A stretch of 34,715 bases of DNA. Source: Candidatus Woesebacteria bacterium RIFCSPHIGHO2_01_FULL_44_10 (GTDB lineage: Bacteria > Patescibacteriota > Microgenomatia > UBA8517). Below the pieces are notes generated by a model. That model was given only the letters and a program-made list of their open reading frames with translations. It was not told the origin of the DNA and searched no databases. The stretch spans positions 20,575 to 55,289 of the forward strand of contig MGGO01000008.1 in the NCBI GenBank assembly GCA_001792465.1, written 5' to 3'. Made by a program: the position numbers and the translations under genes. Positions 18,596-26,800 of the stretch are shown one piece after another. The first letter of the stretch is position 1; each line of letters begins with the position of its first letter.

Positions 18596-19219
18596 CTAAT
18601 TTACGTAGCGACGGATGAGGCCGACGACTTTGCCTTGAATGGAGACGTTTTTGACAAAAATCGGGGTCATTTTAGCATTGGCGGGTTCAAGCCGTATGCG
18701 TGTAGCTTCTTTAAAAAAGCGTTTTAGAGTGGCCATGCCGTTATCAAGAAGGGCAACAACTATTTCACCGTTTTTAGCGTTCTCCGCATGCTCGACGATG
18801 ACATAGTCGCCGTCTCTAATTTGTTCCTCAATCATAGATTCACCCCTGACTTGCAGGACATAAACCCCTTTTTCTCCGGAAACAAAGGTTGGCGGAACCT
18901 GGATAGTCGCATTGGGGTCATTCAGGGGTTCCAGTGGCGCTCCGGCGGCAATGTAGCCCAAAACCGGAACATTAACCGCATTGTTGCCGTCAAAATTAAT
19001 GTTGTGGTTAACGATTTCAATCGCACGTCTTCGGCCTCCGGTGCGCTTGATGAGATTTTTTTCTTCTAGAACTGACAAATGCTCATGAACAGTGGCTAAA
19101 GACGAAAGTCCCATCGATTCAGCAATCTCTCGTAGAGTTGGTCCGTAGCCATTGAGTTCAAGGTACTGACGAATATATTCTAGAACTTGCTTTTGACGGG
19201 TATATAAAACCGGTGGCAT
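18596..19219 (-). CDS. lexA: LexA repressor (S24 self-cleaving peptidase)
   Basis: Winged-HTH N-terminus (TRQKQVLEYIRQYLELNGYGPTLREIAESMGLSS.ATVHEHL), Ala-Gly cleavage site in VLGYIAAGAPLEP, and the Ser/Lys dyad (VRGESM ... ATLKRF). The ATG at 19219 is preferred over the TTG at 19240 used in the ORF track. Confidence 0.93.
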   Translation of the reverse strand: MPPVLYTRQKQVLEYIRQYLELNGYGPTLREIAESMGLSSLATVHEHLSVLEEKNLIKRTGGRRRAIEIVNHNINFDGNNAVNVPVLGYIAAGAPLEPLNDPNATIQVPPTFVSGEKGVYVLQVRGESMIEEQIRDGDYVIVEHAENAKNGEIVVALLDNGMATLKRFFKEATRIRLEPANAKMTPIFVKNVSIQGKVVGLIRRYVN

Positions 19220-19230
19220 CTTCGTATTAA

Positions 19231-19260
19231 TTTCTATCAAAAATAAACCGAATTAGTCAA
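19231..19260 (-). promoter_or_regulatory. Putative lexA promoter (TTGACT-17/18 nt-TGATAGAAA on the minus strand)
   Basis: The minus strand reads GGTTGACTAATTCGGTTTATTTTTGATAGAAATTAATACGAAGATG. Confidence 0.3.
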
Positions 19261-19278
19261 CCACATCTTTCTATGTCA

Positions 19279-19287
19279 TGTTATAAT
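19279..19287 (+). promoter_or_regulatory. Extended -10 element TGTTATAAT, 5 nt upstream of the ATG at 19293
   Basis: Read directly. The same 13-mer ATGTTATAATGAA recurs at 29670-29682. Confidence 0.45.
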
Positions 19288-19292
19288 GAAGC

Positions 19293-19646
19293 ATGGCTCT
19301 CACTTATCTAAATATGAAAGTCACCAATCCAACCAACGGCAAACGACCGGTTCAAAGGCGGATGTTAGTGGATTCGGGTGCGATTTTCTCGGTCTTACCT
19401 GCCAGCGTTCTTGGAAAGCTGGGGATCAAACCCGACAGTAAACAAAAATTCGTTCTGGCCAATGGACAAGAAATAGAGAAAGAAGTTGGAGAGGCAAGAT
19501 TCATTTGGAAAGACCGGGCCCGCACTGCACCGGTTGTTTTTGGGGATGAAGACGTTTACTTAATTGGCGCAACAACTTTAGAAAACATGGGTCTTATCCT
19601 CGACCCCATTAACCGCCGCCTGGAAAAGCTCCCCATGTTGCTATAA
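19293..19646 (+). CDS. Retropepsin-like (clan AA) aspartyl protease domain protein
   Basis: Catalytic motif MLVDSGAIFSVLP and the LIGATTLENMGLILD segment. The ~115-aa single-domain size is typical of bacterial and archaeal retropepsin-like proteins. Confidence 0.75.
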   Translation: MALTYLNMKVTNPTNGKRPVQRRMLVDSGAIFSVLPASVLGKLGIKPDSKQKFVLANGQEIEKEVGEARFIWKDRARTAPVVFGDEDVYLIGATTLENMGLILDPINRRLEKLPMLL

Positions 19647-19698
19647 AAATTTAGCCCTATTGATTTTTAATTGTATTGAGATATATAATTGCTGAGTT

Positions 19699-20067
19699 AT
19701 GGACGAGAGGATAAAGATTGCTCCAAATGAAATTAAAGCCTATGCTGAAAGTGCTGGTGTGAAGCACACTACGGTGAGAAAGTTTTTGATTGCAGGTGTT
19801 CCCGAGGACGATATTGAAGAGGTTTTGGATATGCGCAACAAATTGACTGAATATGATAGTAAGGGGAGAATTACCGGTCAAGCCACTGTAGAGGCGATGA
19901 TTGAAGCGTGGCAGTGCGTAGATGGGGAGATAGATTGTTTGGACATTCTAGTAGATAGAGCTCTTGAAAAAGTTATTAAAAAAGCAACTACAGGCCAATT
20001 TAACAGGGCATTGCATGTTGCTATGGAAGAGTTCCAAAATGGTGGTCTTGATGCTCTAGACCAATAG
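19699..20067 (+). CDS. Hypothetical acidic 122-aa protein
   Basis: ORF only. TATAAT (19684-19689) lies 9 nt upstream of the ATG. No family recognised. Confidence 0.55.
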   Translation: MDERIKIAPNEIKAYAESAGVKHTTVRKFLIAGVPEDDIEEVLDMRNKLTEYDSKGRITGQATVEAMIEAWQCVDGEIDCLDILVDRALEKVIKKATTGQFNRALHVAMEEFQNGGLDALDQ

Positions 20068-20101
20068 TAAGTTAGCTCACCAAAAATAGCTTCAGTAATT
20101 G

Positions 20102-20110
20102 TGATAAAAT
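20102..20110 (+). promoter_or_regulatory. Extended -10 element TGATAAAAT, 9 nt upstream of the uvrB ATG
   Basis: Read directly. It is identical to the 9-mer upstream of rplS. Confidence 0.4.
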
Positions 20111-20119
20111 TAAAAGGCT

Positions 20120-22147
20120 ATGGGTAAATTTCGGCTGAAAGCTAATTTTAAAGCCACTCCGGATCAGCAGAAAGCGATTGATGCGCTTGTTGCCGGTGTG
20201 GAAAAGGGCAAAAAGTATCAGACTCTCTTGGGAGTCACGGGAAGCGGAAAAACATTCAGTGTTGCGAACGTAATTGAGCGCCTGCAGCAGCCAGCCTTGA
20301 TTATTTCCCACAATAAAACCTTAGCGGCGCAGTTGTATCAGGAATTCAGAGATTTTTTCCCAACCAATGCCGTTTCCTACTTTGTTTCTTACTATGATTA
20401 TTATCAGCCCGAAGCTTATATCCCGAGCACCGATACTTATATCGAAAAAGACGCGGGCATTAACGAGTTAATAGATAAATTGCGCCTGGCCGCCACAGCC
20501 AATATTTTAACCAGGCCAGATACCATTGTGGTGTCCAGCGTTTCCTGTATTTACAACATCGGCTCACCCGTCGAGTACGAGAAATTTGTCCTTCGACTTC
20601 GCTCAGGATTAAAAATCGGCAGAGATGAGATCATCAATCACTTGCTCGACCTGCAATACGACCGTGGGGATTTTGGTTTCCATAGGGGCACTTTCCGCGT
20701 CCGCGGCGACAGTGTTGACGTATTTCTGGCCTACCAAGACGAGGGCGTTCGCATTGAGATCTCGGGTGACAAAATTGCTGCCATTTCATCAATTAATCCT
20801 GTTTCCGGGTCAGTTATCACCAAACACCAATCACCAGTCACCATTTTCCCCTCCAAGCACTACGTTGCCGACACGACCAACATTGAGGCGATCTTTAAAC
20901 AAATTAAAGCCGATGCCCAAAAACAAACCCATGAACTTACCAAGCAAGGTAAGCTTCTTGAAGCCCAGAGGTTATCTCAAAGAGTAGAGTATGACTTGGA
21001 AATGATTCGCGAGGCGGGCTATGTCAAGGGCATCGAAAATTATTCCAGGTATTTTGACGGAAGAGCGCCAGGTGAGGCTCCATATAGCTTACTGGATTAT
21101 TTTACGCACGCTGCGGGCCGCGATCCTTCGACAGGCTCAGGACCTGGGGGTTGGCTGGTTTTCGCGGATGAAAGCCATATTACTTTTCCCCAAATACGCG
21201 GCATGTATGCCGGGGATTTATCCAGGAAAAAGACGCTCATCGAGTACGGTTTTAGATTACCGGCGGCTTTAGATAACCGCCCACTCAAATTTGATGAGTT
21301 CATGCGAAGGATCCCGGGGTTTATTGCCACTTCGGCCACTCCGGCCCAGTGGGAGCTATCCATGAGCGGCAAGCCGGTTGAGCAGCTTTTACGGCCCACA
21401 GGCATTCCGGATCCCGAAGTCGAAATTAGGCCCGTTAAAAATCAGGTATCTGATGTTATAAAGGAAATTAAAAAAAGAGCTAATCCGCCGGCTGGCGGAG
21501 TCAAACAAAGAAGCCTGGTAACAACTTTAACCAAGGCAACGGCCGAAGACCTGGCTGACTATTTAGCCCAGCAGGACTTAAAGGTCCACTATCTGCATAG
21601 TGGCGTCAAAACGCTTGATAGGGGAGATATCTTGGACGACTTGCGCAGTGGAAAATATGACTGCTTGGTGGGCATAAATCTTTTGCGGGAAGGCCTTGAC
21701 CTGCCCGAGGTCTCGCTCGTCGCCATTTTGGATGCAGACAAAGAAGGATTTTTGCGAAGCGACGTGACTCTGATTCAAACCATGGGCCGAGCCGCCAGAC
21801 ACGTTGAAGGTAGAGTTATTTTGTACGCTGACCGAGTCACAGGCAGTATGAAGAGAGCCTTGTCTGAGGTTAAAAGGCGGAGAAAATTTCAACTAGCTAT
21901 GAACAAAAAGCTTGGGGTAACACCAAAACCAATTAAAAAACCAATCAGAGAAAAATTAATTAAGCGTGAAGAAATTCTCCAGACAACCGTCTTTAGCCGG
22001 CTTCCTGAAACCGATTCTTTAACCCCCATGGATAAACGCCGCCTGGTGCGTGATTTGAATCGCGAAATGCGCCTCGCTGCTTCAGACCTTAACTTCGAAC
22101 TCGCAGCCGAGATTAGAGACAAAATTAAAGAGCTAGAAACTTCATGA
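20120..22147 (+). CDS. uvrB: Excinuclease ABC subunit B
   Basis: GVTGSGKT Walker A, NKTLAAQLYQEF, YYDYYQPEAY, DESH, GFRLPAALDNRPLKFDEF, GINLLREGLDLPEVSLVAILDADKEGFLRS, and the C-terminal UVR motif (AAEIRDKIKELE). Confidence 0.97.
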   Translation: MGKFRLKANFKATPDQQKAIDALVAGVEKGKKYQTLLGVTGSGKTFSVANVIERLQQPALIISHNKTLAAQLYQEFRDFFPTNAVSYFVSYYDYYQPEAYIPSTDTYIEKDAGINELIDKLRLAATANILTRPDTIVVSSVSCIYNIGSPVEYEKFVLRLRSGLKIGRDEIINHLLDLQYDRGDFGFHRGTFRVRGDSVDVFLAYQDEGVRIEISGDKIAAISSINPVSGSVITKHQSPVTIFPSKHYVADTTNIEAIFKQIKADAQKQTHELTKQGKLLEAQRLSQRVEYDLEMIREAGYVKGIENYSRYFDGRAPGEAPYSLLDYFTHAAGRDPSTGSGPGGWLVFADESHITFPQIRGMYAGDLSRKKTLIEYGFRLPAALDNRPLKFDEFMRRIPGFIATSATPAQWELSMSGKPVEQLLRPTGIPDPEVEIRPVKNQVSDVIKEIKKRANPPAGGVKQRSLVTTLTKATAEDLADYLAQQDLKVHYLHSGVKTLDRGDILDDLRSGKYDCLVGINLLREGLDLPEVSLVAILDADKEGFLRSDVTLIQTMGRAARHVEGRVILYADRVTGSMKRALSEVKRRRKFQLAMNKKLGVTPKPIKKPIREKLIKREEILQTTVFSRLPETDSLTPMDKRRLVRDLNREMRLAASDLNFELAAEIRDKIKELETS

Positions 22148-22187
22148 TATAATGCATATTGCCACGGATAATCGGTGGTCGTTTTGC

Positions 22188-24998
22188 ATGCAGGAAACTA
22201 TCAAAATCAGAGGGGCCAGAGAACACAACCTGAAAAACATTGATTTGGAGTTTCCCAAAAATAAATTGGTTGTTTTTACGGGCGTTTCGGGCAGTGGCAA
22301 AAGTTCCCTTGCTTTCGACACTATTTATGCAGAGGGCCAAAGACGGTATGTGGAGTCCTTGAGTTCATATGCAAGACAGTTTTTGGGAGTGATGGCCAAG
22401 CCGGACGTGGATTTAATCGAGGGCCTGTCTCCGGCTATTTCAATTGATCAAAAAACCACTTCTGCCAATCCCAGAAGTACTGTGGGAACCATAACGGAAG
22501 TATACGACTATCTACGATTGCTTTTTGCCCGCATTGGTCATCCACATTGTCCAATTTGTGGCAGGGAAATAGCGAATCAGTCGCTTGACCAAATTGTCGG
22601 CGGGGTTATTGATTTTATTAAAAACTCTGCCAAAGACAAAAAACTCGTCAAGCTTTTATTTTTCTCCCCACTGGTGGAGGGCAGAAAAGGCGAATACTCG
22701 GGCCTTTTGGAAAACTTGAGAGCCAAGGGCTACAAAAGAGTCAGAATTGATAACGTCATGCACAAACTTGATGAGGAAATTATTCTTATCAAGACAAATA
22801 AACACACGATTGAGGTTGAAGTGGACAGAATAAGCGTTTCGTCTTTGGATAACCTATCCGGAAGAATTACCCAAAGTGTTGAGGAAGCACTCAAACTGTC
22901 TGAGGGGCTTGTTATTATGAGTGAAGTCAAAGATATTGGATTTGGGATTCCGGAGATTCCGAAAAGCTTTACCGATCACCTTTTTAGTGAGCGTTTTGCC
23001 TGCCCGGTCGACAACATTCAAATTGCCGAAATCGAACCTCGGACCTTTTCTTTTAACTCGCCGCACGGAGCTTGCCCAAGCTGTACCGGTATCGGCAGAA
23101 TTCTTAAAGTTGACCCGGAGCGCATTTTTGCCCAAGAGCTTTCCATCACTGAAGGTGGAATCCTGCCTTATGCCAATGCTTTTGATCAAAACACTTGGTT
23201 TTCAAGAATTATTGCCCGATTTGCCTGGGAAAACGATATCAATATTAAAACTCCCATTAAAAATTTAACCGCTCAGCAAAAAAAGATGCTTCTTTGGGGA
23301 AACGGCAGATCACGCTTTGAGGGCATCGCCAATCAAATCGAAAGAAGGCACAGGACAACGCAGTCAGACTACGCCAGAGCCGCCTATGAGAAATTCATGC
23401 GGGAAGTAATTTGCGAGGCCTGCGAGGGCCGGCGACTCAAGAAAGAAGCCTTGGCCATAACCATTGAAGGAATGAGTATTAGCCAGATAACTGACCTGTC
23501 TATCAAGGATGCTCAAGAGTGGGTAGAAAGCTTGCCCGACGGGCCCGTCGCCAGGCTGATCGTTAAAGAAATTGTTACCAGGTTAAATTTTTTGATTTCG
23601 GTAGGGCTTGACTACCTGACTCTCGGGAGAGCCGCGGGAACTCTGGCCGGGGGTGAAGCTCAAAGAATCAGGCTTGCCAGTCAAATTGGCACGGGGTTAA
23701 CGGGAGTTTTGTATGTTTTGGATGAACCAACGATTGGACTCCACCCACGGGACAATGCCAGGCTAATTGCGACGTTAAAAAACTTAAGAGATTTAGGCAA
23801 TACGGTCATCGTCGTTGAGCACGACGCGGAGATGATGAACTCCTCAGACTACTTGGTTGATTTTGGACCGGGGGCCGGCAAGCAAGGCGGAGCAATTATC
23901 GCCAGCGGAAGTTCTGAACAAGTAGCTAAAAACTCAAACTCAATTACGGGACAGTATTTGAGTGGGAAAAGGAAAATAAGTATTACAGGTATTACAAGTA
24001 GTAAAAGTAGTAAAAGCTTAAGATTATTGGGCGCGGCCCAATATAATCTCAAAAACATCGATTTAGAAATTCCTTTGGGGAAGTTTGTGGCAGTTACCGG
24101 AGTATCCGGATCTGGCAAGTCAACGCTCATTGTAGAAACCCTTTACCACGGCCTAAATCACGAAATGAATCCGGCTTACCGCAGTCAACCCGGGGAATAC
24201 AAAAAAATTGAAGGGCAGCAAAACGTCAATAAAGTCAGTTTAATCGACCAATCTCCAATTGGCCGAACTCCAAGAAGCAATCCCGCAACTTATACCAAAA
24301 CTTTTGACTTGATAAGACAAGCTTTTGCCAGTACCCGAGATGCACGAGCCGCGGGCTACAAGCCAGGCAGGTTTTCCTTCAACGTCAAGGGTGGGCGCTG
24401 TGAAGCTTGTGAAGGCCAAGGCCAAGTCAAAATCGAGATGCAGTTTATGGCTGACATTTGGGTCGTTTGTGAGGTCTGTAAGGGCACCCGGTACAATAAA
24501 CAAACTTTGGAAGTGGAGTATAAAGGCAAAAATATCTCCGATGTTTTAAGTCTGACGGTTGCTGAAGCCGAGGAATTTTTCCATGCGCATCCTGCCATAG
24601 TTCGCAAACTTGAAACTCTTCAAGCCGTTGGCCTTGACTATATGGAGCTTGGTCAATCAGCACCGACCTTGTCGGGCGGTGAAGCCCAAAGAGTCAAACT
24701 GGCCGCGGAATTGGGCAAAAAGCACTCCGGCCACGTGATGTATATTTTAGACGAGCCAACAACCGGACTCCATTTTGCTGATTTGGAGAAGCTTCTGCGT
24801 GTATTAAAATTATTAGTCAGCAAAGGAAACACGGTGATTGTCATCGAACACAATCTCGATATCATCAAAAACGCCGATTGGATCATTGATTTGGGGCCGG
24901 AGGGTGGGGAAAAAGGTGGAGAAGTCATTGCCCAAGGAACTCCTGACCACGTCAGAAAACAAAAAAATTCCTACACGGGCCAATTTTTGTCAAAATGA
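22188..24998 (+). CDS. uvrA: Excinuclease ABC subunit A
   Basis: MQETIKIRGAREHNLKNI aligns with canonical UvrA N-termini. It has two ABC modules (GVSGSGKSSLAFDT, GVSGSGKSTL), two LSGGE signatures and zinc-finger Cys pairs. The upstream ATG at 22152 lies inside a TATAAT box and was not used. Confidence 0.96.
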   Translation: MQETIKIRGAREHNLKNIDLEFPKNKLVVFTGVSGSGKSSLAFDTIYAEGQRRYVESLSSYARQFLGVMAKPDVDLIEGLSPAISIDQKTTSANPRSTVGTITEVYDYLRLLFARIGHPHCPICGREIANQSLDQIVGGVIDFIKNSAKDKKLVKLLFFSPLVEGRKGEYSGLLENLRAKGYKRVRIDNVMHKLDEEIILIKTNKHTIEVEVDRISVSSLDNLSGRITQSVEEALKLSEGLVIMSEVKDIGFGIPEIPKSFTDHLFSERFACPVDNIQIAEIEPRTFSFNSPHGACPSCTGIGRILKVDPERIFAQELSITEGGILPYANAFDQNTWFSRIIARFAWENDINIKTPIKNLTAQQKKMLLWGNGRSRFEGIANQIERRHRTTQSDYARAAYEKFMREVICEACEGRRLKKEALAITIEGMSISQITDLSIKDAQEWVESLPDGPVARLIVKEIVTRLNFLISVGLDYLTLGRAAGTLAGGEAQRIRLASQIGTGLTGVLYVLDEPTIGLHPRDNARLIATLKNLRDLGNTVIVVEHDAEMMNSSDYLVDFGPGAGKQGGAIIASGSSEQVAKNSNSITGQYLSGKRKISITGITSSKSSKSLRLLGAAQYNLKNIDLEIPLGKFVAVTGVSGSGKSTLIVETLYHGLNHEMNPAYRSQPGEYKKIEGQQNVNKVSLIDQSPIGRTPRSNPATYTKTFDLIRQAFASTRDARAAGYKPGRFSFNVKGGRCEACEGQGQVKIEMQFMADIWVVCEVCKGTRYNKQTLEVEYKGKNISDVLSLTVAEAEEFFHAHPAIVRKLETLQAVGLDYMELGQSAPTLSGGEAQRVKLAAELGKKHSGHVMYILDEPTTGLHFADLEKLLRVLKLLVSKGNTVIVIEHNLDIIKNADWIIDLGPEGGEKGGEVIAQGTPDHVRKQKNSYTGQFLSK

Positions 24999-26800
24999 AA
25001 AAAATTTTCTTGCTTATTTTAAGTTTATTTTTTCTTTTCCCTGCAAATGTTTCTGCAGAAAGTGAATTTTTAACCAAAGCGGAGGTAGTTTATGACGTCG
25101 GAGAAGACGGGGTGACAACAGTCACCAACAACATTACTTTAACTAACGTCTTTTCAAACCTTTATGCCACAAGCTACGCCATGCAGGTTGAGGGCTTAGA
25201 ACCCACAAGCGTGAAGGCAGTGGAGGCAGGCCAAGTGCTACCCGTTACAATCGAAAAAGATGGAGAAAAAACAGTCATCAGAGTCGAGTTTGAAAGAGAT
25301 GTTGTCGGAAAAGGCAAACAACGCAACTTCACTATCAGTTTTACAGAGCGGTCTCTTGCGGTCAAGACTGGTGAGGTTTGGGAAACAGCGGTCCCAAAGC
25401 TGGGTGCACAAGACTCCTTTGATTCCTACACTCTTATTTTACAGGTTCCCAAGTCTTTCGGCCAAGCCGCTTTTATTTCTCCCCAACCGATAACTTCAAG
25501 TGAGAAAGACAATAAATACAGGTATGTTTTTGACAAAGACAGTGCCAGCGCGCACGGCGTGACCGCCGCCTTCGGCCGTTTCCAGGTTTTTGAATTTAAC
25601 CTCGTTTACCACCTTGAAAATCCCCTGACCAAAACGGCTGTTGTTGGTATCGCCATTCCTCCTGATACCGCGTTTCAAAAAGTAAATTATAAAACACTTG
25701 ACCCCGCACCCGAAGTAGTCCAAGTTGACCAAGATGGGAACTGGATTGCAACGTATAAGCTCACCTCCAGACAGAGGTTAGACGTTCGCGCAACCGGGGC
25801 AGTGCAAATCTTTGCTACAGAAAGGCAATTTCCCAAGCCAAATTCAGTTTCTTTGCAACAAAATCTACTTGCCACCGACGTTTGGCAAACTACCGATCCA
25901 AGAATCATCAATCTGGCAAAGCAACTTATTACCCCAAAACAAATATATGATTATGTGGTAGCTACTCTGATATACGACTATGACCGAGTGAGGCCCAACA
26001 TCAACCGCCTGGGGGCCATTGACGCTCTTGCAAACCCGGGGAGCGCGATCTGCATGGAGTTTACGGATCTTTTTGTAGCCCTGGCCCGGGCCGCGGGTAT
26101 TCCGGCCCGTGAAGTAAATGGCTATGCTTATACCGAAAATAGGCAGCTTCAACCGCTTTCCCTGGTTGCCGATGTTTTACACGCCTGGCCTGAGTATTGG
26201 GATGACGTTAGAGGTGTCTGGGTGCCCATCGACCCCACTTGGGGGTCAACCACCGGTGGGGTTGACTTTTTTACCAAGCTTGATTTAAGACACTTTGCCT
26301 TTGTCATGCACGGGATAAACCCTGACAAGCCTTTCCCCCCGGGATCATATAAACTGGGTGCCAATCCCCAGAAAGATGTCTATGTCGCCTTTGGCAGCTT
26401 GCCAAGCCAGCGCAAAAGCATACCCAAAATTGAGATTGAAGTCCAAAAGGCGCTGCCTTTCATGGCAACTTCCGCAAAAATAATTGTTAAAAACGACGGG
26501 CCGGTGGCCCTTTATGACTTAAACGTCTTAATTCTTTTCGACACTAAAATAGAAACTGAAAAAACCATCGCCATTTTGCCCGTTTACGGAAAACAGGAGT
26601 ACCAAGTTTCAATTCCGTTTAGCATTTTGGGCGTTAACACTCCGCAAAATATCAAAGTTGTCGTCGGGGGCAATTCGCTAACGGCTCCGTCTTCCAAAAA
26701 TTGGGTTATACTAATGAGTTTAGCCACCATCTTTTTAATTATTGGCCTAACTATCGGCTTTATTTATTGGAGAGTGAAAATTCATGAGAATAACAGTTAA
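24995..26800 (+). CDS. Secreted, C-terminally membrane-anchored transglutaminase-like cysteine protease domain protein
   Basis: Sec signal MKKIFLLILSLFFLFPANVSA, then a transglutaminase-core Cys/His/Asp (CMEFTDLFVALARAAGIPAREVNGY, HAWPEYW, WVPIDPTW) and a C-terminal TM helix (ILMSLATIFLIIGLTIGFIYW). It overlaps uvrA by ATGA and uvrC by 17 nt. Confidence 0.8.
   Translation: MKKIFLLILSLFFLFPANVSAESEFLTKAEVVYDVGEDGVTTVTNNITLTNVFSNLYATSYAMQVEGLEPTSVKAVEAGQVLPVTIEKDGEKTVIRVEFERDVVGKGKQRNFTISFTERSLAVKTGEVWETAVPKLGAQDSFDSYTLILQVPKSFGQAAFISPQPITSSEKDNKYRYVFDKDSASAHGVTAAFGRFQVFEFNLVYHLENPLTKTAVVGIAIPPDTAFQKVNYKTLDPAPEVVQVDQDGNWIATYKLTSRQRLDVRATGAVQIFATERQFPKPNSVSLQQNLLATDVWQTTDPRIINLAKQLITPKQIYDYVVATLIYDYDRVRPNINRLGAIDALANPGSAICMEFTDLFVALARAAGIPAREVNGYAYTENRQLQPLSLVADVLHAWPEYWDDVRGVWVPIDPTWGSTTGGVDFFTKLDLRHFAFVMHGINPDKPFPPGSYKLGANPQKDVYVAFGSLPSQRKSIPKIEIEVQKALPFMATSAKIIVKNDGPVALYDLNVLILFDTKIETEKTIAILPVYGKQEYQVSIPFSILGVNTPQNIKVVVGGNSLTAPSSKNWVILMSLATIFLIIGLTIGFIYWRVKIHENNS

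Noticed and set aside
19220-19240. TTG-initiated 7-codon extension of lexA
   Set aside because: The ORF-track start is TTG. The internal ATG at 19219 gives MPPVLYTRQKQVL, which aligns with typical LexA N-termini.
20588-20610. Possible third, gapped copy of the 17-mer (TCCTTCGAC-ttcg-CTCAGGA) earlier in uvrB
   Set aside because: It lies in a region that aligns with conserved UvrB sequence (FVLRLRSGLKIGRDEI), so it is not an insertion. A 9+7 nt split match is within chance and codon-usage expectations.
22152-22187. Upstream ATG as the uvrA start
   Set aside because: The ATG at 22152 lies inside the TGATATAAT element. The 12 extra residues (MHIATDNRWSFC) are not UvrA-like, whereas MQETIKIRGAREHNLKNI aligns with canonical UvrA.
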